From contig JAHBMJ010000131.1 of assembly GCA_018398765.1 (NCBI GenBank), forward strand, positions 1 to 56,163: 56,163 nucleotides of DNA, given 5' to 3'. A model generated the notes under the pieces. It did no database searches and was not told the DNA's origin. It saw nothing but the letters and a program-made list of their open reading frames with translations. Positions 1-14,388 of the stretch are shown here, one piece after another; within the stretch, counting starts at the first letter, position 1; each line of letters starts with the position of its first letter. The DNA comes from Chromera velia (taxonomy: Eukaryota). Both the position numbers and the translations under genes were made by a program.

Positions 1-223
1 GATATATGTATACAGAGTGTCTTATACCTACATAATTGTTAACAATTGCTCGCAGAAGAAAGAAGAAACGAAGACCAAACACACAAATATCTATGCACAT
101 CCATACATCAAAAAATAAATCATACAGCAATTTCAAGATCCCCCTGAACAAAACGGTCCCTTTCGTACGCCAGCTGCATCGAGAACTCACGTCCCAAAAG
201 GGAGGCCAGCTGGAAAGGACCCC

Positions 224-2823
224 CTAGGATATTCGACTATTTCAATTACGATTAAGATTTTATAGGTAAGATCATATAAAACATATAATAAAAATATAGA
301 TTACATAAACATTTCAGGCTAAAGTAATGTAGTTCATCTTAAAAAGCTTAAATCCGGTGAAATTAAGTGTGATTACGGGAAAAAATAACCATATACCCCC
401 CTTTTTATAGTATGTCTCTTACAACTGATTACGAATTATGAGATTACGGCATCTTTTGAAAGACCACCAATATTTTTTTTCCTCGTATGCCGTCACCCAT
501 CTCCCAGAAAGCATAAAGCTTCCCGCTGCAGCTCATACAAAAGACAATAAAAATTATTAATTCTCTTGTTCTGCAGTCTTTTGAGCGTCTATCAAGGATT
601 CAGGCTAGGGATTCAGGGGTAAAGAGAGGGGGGAAGACTGATGGAAGAGGCGTTAAGTTGACTACTTGGCCTCTCTCAGGAGGCCGCAGAGCAACAGCAG
701 CCGCCGTGAGCCTGGTTCTATTGCAGCCCAAAATTTGCTTTAATACTGTTGATCTTGCTCTTGTTTTTTATTGCACCATGCAAAAGTTGTAGGAAAAGAC
801 TAGGGAAAAAGTCTGTTCATAAAGGAGGATGAGCTGTAAAAAGTCAAAGAAACGTTCAAAAAGCTCTTCATGAAAGACTCTGATATTGTCATGGATATTG
901 AGATTGAGGCTACGGGGCAGCACTGCTAGGTAGAACCCTAGTACCATACATGTTTATGCTGTAATTGAAGATGATATAACATAGGTTTTAATAGGTTTTA
1001 ACACTGTTTTTTTGCTTTTCCAGACTCGTTAGTGTCAGATTCTTTCAGATTCTTAAAGGTTTTTTAAAGAAGAATCAAGTCTACGTTGCGTCAAAGTGGT
1101 GTCTCCATCATTTGGTTCTTACTCAGAGTCTCTAGAGAAACCACTAGAACCCAGGTTCTAAGAACCTAGATAAAAACTTGTAAGAACCATGAAGAACCCC
1201 CCCCCTAAAGCTTTAGAAAGATTAAAGAGCTAATTAAAATGATTAAAATGATCCAAACAAACAAGACATATGCTTACATATGCCAAAATTGACCGTTAAA
1301 ATCATAAAACTCAGCTGTCAACTCGCTTTTTCTTCTCTTCAAACAGACTTACAAGACGAGCAAGCTTTTCATCTTTCATAAAGACGGTTTCATTCATTTT
1401 ATGTGCATGCTGAATATAAAAGAACATAGAAAAAAGTGAGACGTTATTGACGCAAATCTTTTTAGGCTTCCTGTTTCGGCCTAACTGCCAAAGGAGAGAG
1501 AAAGGGCGCATGTCGGCTAAGTCGGTCGAAGCCTCGTCAGACTCAGAATATATATGCACAGCAATCCGGTATAAATTTCTTTATCTTCGACGTGTGCAAT
1601 CGCTCGCAACCCTAAGGGTTCAAAAGCTTTCTTCTTATTATTCTATGACAAAATGTTCACTACCTTGGAAACGTACTAACTCAGTTTTCTCTCTAAACCC
1701 TCACCCTCATCATACTGGCACGCTACGAGTTGTCCCACCATCATAGAATACTCGCCTTTCCAAATCAATGCCTGACTGTGGGACTTCGCACGCACTCTCA
1801 CCCCCTGATCGTTTGACAACTTTTCTTGATACAAGAGAGTATAAACCGCACTTAACCGCATCATACCACAGTTTGGTACTTCAAAGGAGACAACCTCTGT
1901 CACCCCCCCTTGCTTCTCTTCAGGTATCGTCACCGCTCGTGCAAAGACAGAAAGGGACTGTTCTTGTGCTACGTCTTTTGTTTGAATCTGCTCTCGCGAA
2001 CTTTTGAGTTCTTCTCCCTCTGGTGTGTCATCCAACTTAATGGGGATCTCTACATCCATTACCACCCACTCATCATCTTTAATGCCCCCCCCCTTTTCCA
2101 ACATTTTCCCTCTACCTCCCATAGTCCTTTTCCAATGTTTTCCAGTCGGATTGGTAAACAAACTTTTGAATATTTTTATCGTGTTTAATGTTTCATAACT
2201 GGTTTTGGACGGGTTCTTTGGGGTTCTTGGAGGGTCAGACTGAGAAGGCTAGAACCTAAGTTCTAGAAACCTAAGAACCTAGAGGTGGAGACGTATAGTT
2301 TTTAAGCTCGAAGCGAGTAAAAACCTTCAACCAATACTTTAAAAGTGTCATTGTTTTGTTTTTTAGAACTTCTTTTACTTATAAAATAAGTTTGGAGTTT
2401 ATTTTAAATGTTTTAGAGCTTAGATTGCTACTACAAAGTCGTTCGACGACCACATCTATATTTCTGAGTGCCTCCCCGTAGGATTGAGGTCTTAGACTAG
2501 TGATGACATTATCGCAACATGATGGTTTTCTTTTGTTTTTTGAAGGATGGTCCAGGGAGGGGGGCTGTTTACCCCATTTTACTATATATTACGGATTACG
2601 AGTTTACGAGCTCTTTCTAGATGTTACCTAGAGACAAGACTTTCATCACAGATTGTAAGCAAACTAGTGAGCATTCTGATGAGACGTTGACTTTGTTTGA
2701 AGTAATTTAATGTAACAAGTCCTAAAAAAATGGTTTTTAGTGTAGGGGTGACGTTAAATACTAATGTACCCTATGTGTAACCCCTAAAATTCATCTAGTA
2801 ATATTTTAAGTCGATTACCCTAG
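224..2823. mobile_element. 2.6 kb non-autonomous DNA transposon with CTAG termini
   Basis: Left end CTAGGATATTCGACT vs reverse complement of right end CTAGGGTAATCGACT (13/15). Flanks AGGACCCC (216-223) and AAGAACTC (2824-2831) form a decayed 8-bp TSD (5/8). The interior is AT-rich with ATTACG repeats near both ends. Confidence 0.6.
1311..2161 (-). pseudogene. Degenerate coding fragment inside the CTAG element
   Basis: Two protein-like minus ORFs (1676-2161 and 1311-1559) are separated by stops or a frameshift. They are bracketed by degenerate inverted repeats at about 1100-1200 and 2210-2291. Confidence 0.35.
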
Positions 2824-3212
2824 AAGAACTCCGCTGACCCCTGCCATGAAAGGCAGAAGTCAGCACGTTGATAACCACGTACCGCTGCAGTGTACAACTG
2901 AGGACCTTCCAATACCAGTCTGTGAGACGCAGCTAAACTGCCCTCATCTTCCCCTCCATGGAAAAACCCGCTCTTCAACACGCAATCCTAACCAGCTCTT
3001 TCAAAAAAGAGACCGTCTCTCTATCTGGTCGTTCAAAGGTCTCAAAGACCAGCAGAATGAATCGCAGGCCCACTAAATGAGCCGCGACGGCATATTTCAC
3101 TTGTTTCCCCTCACTCTTCGTCTTGGTGGCTGCCCCTACTGTTTTTGATCGGATACGCAGGCGGGCGGCGTCACACAAGATGGGAAAAGTAACGGAAACA
3201 TCCACTAGGATA

Positions 3213-3463
3213 ACGACCTTAAACCTATCTGTCACTTGTCAATAAAAAAATATGATTAAGATCATATTTCTCTACTACTCTCTGCGGCACTGTTTTTCAA
3301 GAGACCGTCCATGCCTGCGGCGTAAATATTCAAGACACCATCCAGATATGTGGCTTTGGATTTTAAGACACTGTAAACGATCCGCGCCTACAGCATGGAT
3401 TTTCAAGCTTATCCAAAAATATGGCTTAAACTTTAAAGTGGTAGTTAGGTTTAAGGAGGTCGT
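3213..3463. mobile_element. 251-bp MITE
   Basis: TIR ACGAC---CTTAAACCT vs AGGTTTAAGGAGGTCGT. TAGGATA is duplicated at 3206-3212 and 3464-3470. Excision restores the host frame DTILVDV. Confidence 0.8.
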
Positions 3464-4148
3464 TAGGATAGTGTCACCATTTGAAAGGGAGGCAAAGATG
3501 TCTACCCATTTGTTCCTCTGATCAACGAGATGGGAATCGGTAGCGACCCCCAAATAACCCAGAGTCGTTTCTTCCAGTACGTGAGTGTGACGGAGCCCAC
3601 GCAGAATCTGTGTAAACGCTCCTTTTACCTGCTCATGGCGCCAGTGCACGCCCCCTCCGTTCCGGGCAGGGGCCAAGATCGCGCGTGTCTATACTCCACG
3701 TGGCGCCCAAATACGCGACCCGGCTGGAGTGCATGGGAACACCCGGCCCCCGCGTACCAGAAATGGGTCCTATATTTAATGGGACGCCGCGGCCAGCGTC
3801 GTGCGCCCGCACGTCGGCCAGCCTCTGGCGTCGTCAGCGGCTGGGGTCTGAATGGGCGGTGTTTTTCTTCTTTCTCTTCTTTTCTTCTTCTATATATTGA
3901 AGTGAAATTGATTATAGTGAAATTTCACATTGGACTCTTTGGGAGTCACACTCTTGCATTCCATTCAAGCGCGCATGCTGTCAGGTCGAGTGTTGCCCGT
4001 GCTTGAACGGACCTCCCGAGGACTGCTGCTTTCTTTCGCCGTCTCCTCACCGAGATCCGTCCCCTCATCAGCCAATCCTTAATTTTCCCCCCGCTCCTGA
4101 TATCGATTCCGCCTTTAGTGCCCTGTGGAGGTGTACCAGCAAATTGCA

Positions 4149-6814
4149 ATGAAGCTCTTCGCAGAGAAGGGGAGCTACAGGGCGAACAAGATTCTTGTTG
4201 TTGCTGAGTTGGCAGGCCTAGAGATTGAAGTTCCTTCTTTTGTTTTGGGGAAAGACAACCGCAGTGACGAGTTCAGAAAATCTAACCCCAGTGGAAGAAT
4301 TCCGGCTTTGATAACAGACAAGGGGACTGTGTTTGAAAGGTGGGTCAAGGGACCCGTGTGGCTGAGTTCGGGTCGGGAGACCTACAGGTTTCTTGTCCTC
4401 ATGACTTCCGTCTCCATCTTCTTCTCATATCTCCCAACAGTATATGTCACGTTTTGCCCCCGCCCTCTACCCCTCCTCTGTTTGAATGTGCTCTTGCTTC
4501 TCCCTTTTACCTTTCTCTTCCATCCTCCTTGCTCTCTTTCGCTGCCTCCTTCCTGTGTCAGAGAGAAGAGACCTGCAGAGGAGAGCCTGTGAATGACCTG
4601 CTGTCTTCCCCTGTCCGTGCCCTCCCAATCGGTCCTTTCCTTCTTCTCATGATTGGTTTTGCTGCTCCATTCACCTTTTTTGCCCTAAGTGCCCGGGAAC
4701 CCCAATCCCTCTCAAGCTTTCCTCTTGCCGCCGGTCTCGCATGAAGGTGTCTGAATTTTTATTTTAATTTTCGTTTCGTTCAGAGAATGAATGCGCAGAC
4801 CCTACTGAAGTCTTGCCCGCCTCACCGCAATTGCCCTGCAGTAATGCTATTGCTCGGTTTGTGGCACGGGTCCGAAACGACAAGGCTCTCTACGGACGCA
4901 CCTTTCAAGAAACAGGCGTGGTCAGTTTCGTTATGCAGCCAGAAAGTTTTTTTTTTTTTGCCTCGATTCAATGGCTTTGATGCACACTCGTCATGCCAAA
5001 GTATGACTGGGATGACCGGAAATCAAGAGTTCCTTCCTTCCTTCCCTCCTTTCCTCCTTCCTTCCTTCCTTCCTTCCTTCCTTGCTTCCTTCCTTCCTTC
5101 CTTCCTTCCCTCGTTCCTTCCTTTCCTCCTTCCTTCCTTCCTTCCTTCCTTCCTTCCTTCCTTTCCTCCCTTCCTTCCTTCCTTCCTTCCTTCCTTCCTT
5201 CCTTCCTTCCTTCCTTCCCTTCCTTCCTTCCCTTCCTTCCTTCCCTTCCTTCCTTCCTGCTTCTTCCTTCCTTCCTTCCTTCCTTCCTTCCTGCTTCTTC
5301 CTTCCTTCCTTCCTTCCTTCCTTCCTTTCCTCCTTCCTTCCTTCCTTCCTTCCTTCCTTTCCTCCTTCCTTCCTTCCTTCCTTCCTTCCTTTCCGTGTTT
5401 GTTCTTCTTGTCGTATGAAGGCTGTTTCATCTCCCTGCAGCTCTCCTGTTCTCTCCTCTCCTCGCCCTACAATTCTCTGGACCCATGTCAAGCGATTGCT
5501 GTTGAGTTCCATGTCTCCATCTCTTTCTTTCTTTACTTGCCATCTCTTCATTTCTTTACTTGCATCCCGCGGTTGGGATTGCTGGTTCTGTGACCCCGTT
5601 TGTGTGAAGTTTGAGAGAGAAAGATGTCACTCAGTGTTCCTGGCAACCAAAGCATTGATAGTCACCTTTGCTCACTCTCTGCTTCAACGCACGATCCTTT
5701 TCATCTCTGCATGCAGGTAGACAGTTGGATCGAATTCTGCACCCATGAGCTGGAGGTGCCCCTCTGTGCGTGGGTGTACCCGAAACAGGGCCTGCTGGAG
5801 GAATCACCTGCCACAAGGAAGAACGCAATGGAGGAAGTCGGAAACGCTCTAACGGACCTAGACAGGCATCTCAGAGGCAGGGAGTGGGTGGTGGGGGATT
5901 CAGTCACACTGGCAGACGTGTGCCTGGCTGTGTCGATGTCGGATGCTTATAGACTCGTGTTTGATGAAGGTCAGTAAAAAAAAAACGAGTTTCTCTGTAC
6001 AGAGAAGGAAGAGACGGTTTGGGTTTTGCCCGTTGGAAAGAACGGAAAGGCCTGCAGGGCTTAGTATTTGGTGCTCCGCACGTTCCGGCAGGTTTTATGT
6101 TTCACATATCATGCATCGGCTCCCCCTTCAGCTCCTTTGTGTTTGAGCACCTTTGCTTGACATTGTCGATCCTTGCATCCTTGAGAGGAAGAGAGGAGAA
6201 CAGAAGTACAGAAGGAGGGAGGGTGTCTGTGCAGAGACGAGGAGGAGAAAGGACCCTAGGGAAAGACGGTATGTATGAAGGGTCAGGCGGATTCAAGTTT
6301 GGCGAGAGAGAAGAAGCGAAGAGGAAAGTAAAACAAGTTCGTTGTCACTTCATTTCACACTCTTCTGGATTCGTCTGATAGTCAAAGATCTTGTGCTGCT
6401 TGAACCCCCTTCCCTTTTTTCTCTCTCTCTGTCTCTCTGTCACGCACAGCATTTCTGACCCCCTTCCCGGAAGTATTACGGTGGTTGCGGAAGTGCTTCG
6501 ACCTGCCCGCGTTCCAAAAAGTTCTGGGCAATCTCAAATTGGGAGTAAAAGGTCTGTCTGTTTGTCTGTCTTTGTGTCCGTTTGTTCGTCGGGCTACCCG
6601 TGTGCATCTTTGACGGCTGTTTTCAAATCCTGTGGGAGTTTTCACACACACACACACACACACACACACGTACATGCACTGAGAGGGGGAAAAGAAAACG
6701 CCAGAAACTGATTGCTCCGTGCTTTTCTGCCCTGTTTGAGACTCTCTCTCTTCTTCTTTTGCTCATTTCCTCTGTCCAGAAAATTCTCTTTCTTTCTCAC
6801 TTTCTTTCTTTTTT

Positions 6815-6845
<31 letters not shown>

Positions 6846-7172
6846 CCCTTCCTCCCTCCTTCCCCCCGTTGTTCCTCTTCTTTTTTTGTTTGCACATCTT
6901 TCCATCGACCTACCTGACTGTCAAGCTGTCTGCCTGTCTCCCTACACCGTAATCTGTGCCACCTTCTGTTTACTGATCACTCTCTCAGATCCTTTCCGGT
7001 GCTTGAGGGTCCTTGAAATTCCCGTGTTAGTTCTACTCCTTTTTTCTCTCATGCAAACGATGTCGAATCTTCTTTTGTTTTCTATGTGCGCTTTCTAACG
7101 TGCTTCCTTGCTCCACTATGTTTCTTTCTGCCTACAGAAACTGCGAATTCTGGGTCAGAGGCTGCTGGATAA
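4149..7172 (+). CDS. GST-fold EF1B-gamma-like protein (GST-N + GST-C only), 219 aa; exons 4149-4339, 4842-4920, 5717-5969, 6450-6551, 7138-7172
   Basis: GT-AG introns with consistent phases give 660 nt. Translation: MKLFAEKGSYRANKILVVAELAGLEI...NPSGRIPALITDKGTVFESNAIARFVAR...VDSWIEFCTHELE...WVVGDSVTLADV...FPEVLRWLRKCFDLPAFQKVLG, typical of the EF1B-gamma GST domain. Confidence 0.85.
5030..5392 (+). repeat. Intronic (TTCC)n microsatellite
   Basis: Directly visible within intron 2 of the GST-fold gene. Confidence 0.95.
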
Positions 7173-7848
7173 TCAAAACAGACGACATGTCAATGATTTG
7201 CATGCTGAATTCAAAGTTTTTCAAACTATCATGATGAATTTAAACAGTTTACATTGATTATAGTACAACGCTATATTCATGTATACTGTATAATGATGGT
7301 CACGGTATGTAATAGTAACTTTCCATAAAACACCATGAGGTGTTATGATGATGAAGTGACTTATAAATTAACCTGCCAGCCATCGTGTCCCAATGGTAAA
7401 GAGTAGTCTATGAGCATTCATGTCATATTGCAAAGCTAGGAGGCTATTAGGAGCATATGCTAGCGACTAGGCTAGCGATTGCTCAGTGCTTACCTAAAGC
7501 GCCCGACTTGGACTCGGAACTTTAGCCTGAGGACCCCTCTCTCGCGTACGTCCCTTTCCCCGCGCCGGTCATTCAAAGTTGGCAAGACTTTTCCGTCTCC
7601 TGCTGCTTACGACGACCTTAGGCATTCGAACGGCCAAGACTAGTACAGTCAGACTAAGGGCGTAAATGGCTTTGAATTCGGCCTCTCGCCACCCGTACGT
7701 CCCTGTGTGTTAGTGTGTGACTAGCTGTGTCACCCTTTATACGGTTAGCAGACGTGGCAGCTGCCACAGACCTAGCCACAGAATGCTACAAACACCGGAG
7801 AAACAACTATATCTTCCTCACCATAACCTAAATCATGATAGTGCTGAG

Positions 7849-8076
7849 CTAGGCGTCGGCTCAAGAAAAAAAAAAAGATACCCCCAAACCCTTTACTTTT
7901 TTTTTTTTTCTTTTTCGTCAAACAGCTGTTGTTCAAGTGTTGGACAGATGTTGTTCATGTATTGCACAACTGTTGTTAAGTGTTGTTGAGGCTTCAAAAG
8001 TTTAAAAGTAAAAAAAAAAGAAAAAAAAAAAAGATCTCCTCTGATCGCTTATTTTTTTTCTTTAGCCGACGCCTAG
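7849..8076. mobile_element. 228-bp CTAG-terminated MITE (copy 1)
   Basis: TIR CTAGGCGTCGGCT / AGCCGACGCCTAG. TSD GTGCTGAG (7841-7848) vs GTGGTGAG (8077-8084). Homologous throughout to 39557-39809. Confidence 0.9.
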
Positions 8077-8478
8077 GTGGTGAGCTGCAGCTACAGAGGT
8101 ATAAAGACAGGAACTTGAAGACAGAGAGATACAAAGAGTCTGTAACAGGCAAGCCCAGACCTAGGCCCAGCTAAAAAAACAAAGTCTCTTGCTAGTGGTC
8201 TTCTTTACCAAGTTGAATCAGGGTAACCAATTTAAGGTCCAATTAAAAGATGGTACAGTGTTTTTTCCTAGGTTTTTTTAAATTTCAGGCCACAAACAGT
8301 ATAATTACGGTCTAAATTACGGTATAAGGGACCCCCTAAGTCATCTTAAAAAAATCTATATGCATCTATATACTAAAAGAACTAGTAAAATTTAAGAATA
8401 ACAAAAAAAATATTAAGTTTTAGAGTTATTAAACTTATAATTAAAGTAATTAAATTATAATCAAATTAATGTACACTC

Positions 8479-10297
<1,819 letters not shown>

Positions 10298-10626
10298 CAT
10301 ATATATAAAATGAATCGTAAGAGTGATGATTTACAGAAAAGAACATATTTAAAATTGTTGACATAGCTTTATGCACAGAACCATTAGTCAGTCAGCCAAC
10401 GTCAGTCAAAGTCAGTCAGGCAGACAGGTTTCTAGTCAAAGTCCTGCGTGCCCATTCTTCTAGTTCCTCTCCTGACCCTTGTGGGAGCAGTAGCAGGTGA
10501 AGCTATACCCTGTACACTTCTGCATCACCGTATGCATCACTGCAGCGAGAGGCACCCCCTCCCTGCAGACGACACAAAACTTGCCCCCCTTCCCTGCCAG
10601 GAGGCATACACCCGCAGGGTTTTCAA

Positions 10627-13600
10627 TCAGGACCGGCACCGGGCACATGCGAGATCCTTCTTCAGGACAGTGTCACGCCCTGAGTTGAACCGGAGGGTGT
10701 GCCGAATGACTGCCTGATGAGGACTCGCTGAGCTCTGCCTGCAGAATTTCAAAGGAGAAGAGAAGGGGTGTGGAGAGAAGAGGAGAGGGGAGAAGAACGA
10801 TGTGGGACACAAGAATAAATGAATGAGAATCACTCACAACAGGACTCCTGGGATAGACAAAAAGAAGAAAAATAGGTGGACGGCAAACGCACGTAAATGT
10901 TTTCTACACGCATCAGTGGCCGGCTCAGAAAATGAAGTTGAAGACCTCGGAAAGGAACGGAATGAGAGAGAAACAAGGAGAGTGAATAGAAAATAGAGCA
11001 AGCAGAAGGAAAAGAAGCAGGAGAAAGGTAAGAACGCAATCAGCTCTGCGTGCATTCAAGAAAAGAACGGACACAAGAGCGCAGATGGGACCTGATAGAG
11101 AAAAAACGCCATCAAACTAGAGAGACGCACAACGATAATTACGGAAGACTGTCAAAGCTTGCTCTCTGAAGTATGAAAAAAAACTCTCCACGTGAACGAA
11201 ATTCCAGACGTCGCTCTTCATTTCTATGCCGGCATGATCATGCGGATCCACAGCTGTGTGCTCAACCGCTCCCTCCCATAGCTACCCTCAACTGACTGTG
11301 TTTTTATATGGTTTCCTTCACCGTTTCTTTTGCACCATTCGCATATCAAGAGACGTTGCAATCGAAGAGGGCGGGGGGGACAGTACTGGGGAGGGGGCTG
11401 CCTACTGTGCTGCGAGCACGCTTATAAGATTTTGGAAGTAAGGACAAAAGTTAGAGTGTCCCCCAAACTTCCCCCTGGAGGGCTGCCCACAGGAACCGCA
11501 CACCCATTGAACCCTCCCCCCCCCCCCNNNNNNNNNNNNNNNNNNNNNNNNNNNNNNNNNNNNNNNNNNNNNNNNNNNNNNNNNNNNNNNNNNNNNNNNN
11601 NNNNNNNNNNNNNNNNNNNNNNNNNNNNNNNNNNNNNNNNNNNNNNNNNNNNNNNNNNNNNNNNNNNNNNNNNNNNNNNNNNNNNNNNNNNNNNNNNNNN
11701 NNNCCCCCCAAATCTACTTCCTGTTCTTCCTCGTCCTCTTTCTCTGATGAGGAGGAGAAGGAAGAAGAGGATGAGGAATCTGATTCAGAGTCCGATGAGA
11801 CAGAAGGTGGTTGGTCTCTCATGATGCGAGCGTTGAGTCCTGGATCCGGATGGTCGAAGGGCAGGGGACGCGAATGCTCCTCTTCCTCTTCTTCCTCGTC
11901 CTTTTCCTCCGGCGAGGAGGAGAAGGAAGAAGACGATGAGGAATCTGATTCTAATGAGAAAGGCGGTTAGTCTGGGGGGCGGGAGGCAGACGGCCCGTCC
12001 TTCTGTTCCGCTGCTATCGTTGTCTGTGCGAGATGGTTTTCACTCTCTGCGTCTTCGTCTCCTTCTCCACCTTCTCTGCCTGGGCGTGCGGGCAGGGAGA
12101 GAAGGAGTTGTTGGGGGGCGCCAGATGAAGAACGTGCACGACCTGGAAGACGGAAAAGATGAGAACGAGGAGGAAGGTTTCTGCAATTGAGTGAATGAGC
12201 GAGGAGTGTCCACATCGTTCCTTCGTTCATTTTTTTGTTTGTTTGTTTCTCTCTTTCTCTCTTTTTTTCTCTTTTTCTTTCTCTCTCTCTCTCTTTCTGT
12301 CTGTCTGTCTGTCTCTTTGGAAGGAGAAAAGAGGCCATCTCTTTTTTCTGTCGAGTTCTCTTCTCCTCGATCGAAAGATTCATGCAATTCCATTCATTCT
12401 CTTGGAAAGAATCAGTCAGACTTAGGGGAAAAGAAGTGCCCGGCACATCTCCAGAGGGACTGACAAAGACCACACACACAAATCTGGTCGCAAAAGAAAG
12501 TATTGGAGCCCTGGTTGGAGGGAGAAACAAAAACTGAAAGAGAAAGAAGCAGCAGAGATGAAGGAAGGAAGAAAGGAAGGAAGGAAGGACGCAAGCAAAG
12601 ACGCAAGCAAGACAGACAGTGACAGACACTCAAACGTACTCTTGACCGATTCTATACATCGACCAGACCTAGTCGTGGCTTCTTCTCCCCGCAGCGAAGG
12701 CTGGCCGACAGAAGAGGAAAAAGGTGCACGCTCAGACAGTGATAGAAACACAGACGCACCTAGAGACGCACTCCATTTACTAGAAGACCTGCCTGGTTCT
12801 TCGAGCGCATCTTCATGTGTGGGGGGCCACATTGTCAGAGTGGAAATCTGGGTTTGTGGGGTTTTCTGACGCCAGATAAGCCAACCCATGCGCCGAAGAC
12901 GCCAAAGCGGCTCGTTGCCATCATGGAGCTTTTTCTTCTCCACCCATTCGGCGAACTTCACGAACTCTTCCCGCTGCCTGCATATCGTTGACAGTAAAGA
13001 CCAATTCGAAGTATGAGGAGAGCTAGTACCTGTCAAATTGAGGGGGGCGCAGGCCGATAGAAGGCAGGAACGAGGGAAGGGAGCAAGAAAGGAAGGAAGC
13101 AAAGAAAAACGATGGGAGGCCAGGAAAGGGCTAAATGAATGAGAGAAGGAAGTAAGGAAGGAAACAAGGAAGCGAGGAACGAAGGAAAGAAGGAAGGAAG
13201 GAAGGAAAGAAGGAAAGAAGGAAGGAGAAAAGGAAGGAAGGGAGCCTAGAAGGGAGCAGGGAAGGATTGAACAGTAACTCCGAAATGTCTCTGCTCCATG
13301 ACTGACTATACAGCAGCTTCCCCTGAAGCAAAGAAAGGGCGCGCTTTCTTGATGAACGACAATAGGGGCTGCTCGACGCTCGATCTTTTGCCCAAGAACT
13401 GCACGCACGCAAGCAACTCAGGAAGGAAATGATGCGACAGGAACGGGTTGGAAGGAGAGAAGAGGCCGTCAGGGAAACGTACAGAGGAAGAATGAAAGAG
13501 GGGAGCATGAGGGAAACGCACTAAAGACGAAGGAGAGTGACGGGTGTACCAAAAAATTGTTTCATTCATCATATCCAAAAAGCAAAAATGATGGTGACTG

Positions 13601-13770
13601 ACTACCTCTTCAGAACGGGGGCTGCAGATACATGACACCCTGCATGCCGACTCAGTCTGAGTCTCGTTCCTCTCGGCCTCCTCCTGCTCGGCCGAAATGG
13701 TTTCGCAGAGGATGGCAAGGGCAAGGGCAAGAGGCGGTCCTCTCGGAATTGCGGCGTGCTTCTTGCTCAT
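10627..13770 (-). CDS. Hypothetical multi-exon protein, S/E-rich; model incomplete because of an assembly gap
   Basis: Coding-like blocks MSKKHAAIPRGPPLALALAILCE... (from 13770), RQREEFVKFAEWVEKKKLHDGNEPLWRLRRMGWL... (about 12630-12977) and acidic/Ser-rich blocks at 11700-12180 are separated by microsatellite-rich introns. The 3' end is uncertain. Confidence 0.4.
11528..11703. other. Assembly gap (N run); further Ns at 23299, 24471-24520 and 28533-28538
   Basis: N characters in the sequence. Confidence 1.
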
Positions 13771-14388
13771 GTTGATCACATTGAGGGTCAGTTCCCTGCC
13801 TCGACAGTTTGTCAGACGACAATGACAATAACAGTGATACGGACTTCAACTGTTGTCTAGGATGCCCAAGGAGTTTTGCCCAGCACTCGTGTTCCTGTTC
13901 ACTGAGATTGAGAGAGAATCAACAACTCAGGACACAAAGGAAGTGCATTACCAAATCATCTACTGATCAGATCGATTTCGATCCAGATCTGTACCTGAGA
14001 GGGAACTGTGTATGTATATATGCAACGCTGCCATGCAACACTCTCAGAGTCTACTTATCCATTCCATCCCGGAAATTAAGTTTTCGTGCATCATTGGTGT
14101 CCGGAAAAGCGATTGCAGAAGAAAATTCTGGGGCCCGTCTCCTCTACGTCTGCGGACAGTCCGGACTTCTCTCGGTGTGTCTTCGATCCACTGAAGATGT
14201 ACCTTCGCCAGAATATATTCCCTCATATATATAGTGAGATGAAGAACCAAAGGGTCGAGATTCCCGAAAAACGAGGCAGCCCTCAAAAAAAAGAGAGAAG
14301 AAAAAAAAACGAGAAAACAGAGATCCAGAGTCGAGACGCCTGACATTTTTTCTTCGTCAATTTCCTCTTTCTCTCCGCACTCGGCAAA

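Larger units (their letters stand above)
143..3676 (-). mobile_element. Decayed 3' part of an RLE-type (CRE/R2-group-like) non-LTR retrotransposon, split by two insertions
   Basis: Removing the 3213-3463 insertion joins two minus ORFs into GGGVHWRHEQVK...EE...KWVDIFASLSNGDTILVDVSVTFP...KQVKY...FILLVFETF...VLSCTLQRY. This matches the restriction-like endonuclease (RH..E..PD..D..K..KY) C-terminus layout. In-frame stops are present, and the left boundary is approximate. Confidence 0.65.

Noticed and set aside
4787..5720. Long ORFs rich in FLPS/KEGR
   Set aside because: Translations of an intronic (TTCC)n tract. The same applies at 21900-22540, 24366-25462, 27257-27616, 43785-44990 and 48025-49171.
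7370..7720. Possible SINE/LTR; weak similarity of 7373-7450 to 49920-50000 and a short direct repeat CTCTCGC..CGTACGTCCCT
   Set aside because: No boundaries, TSD or Pol III boxes could be supported.
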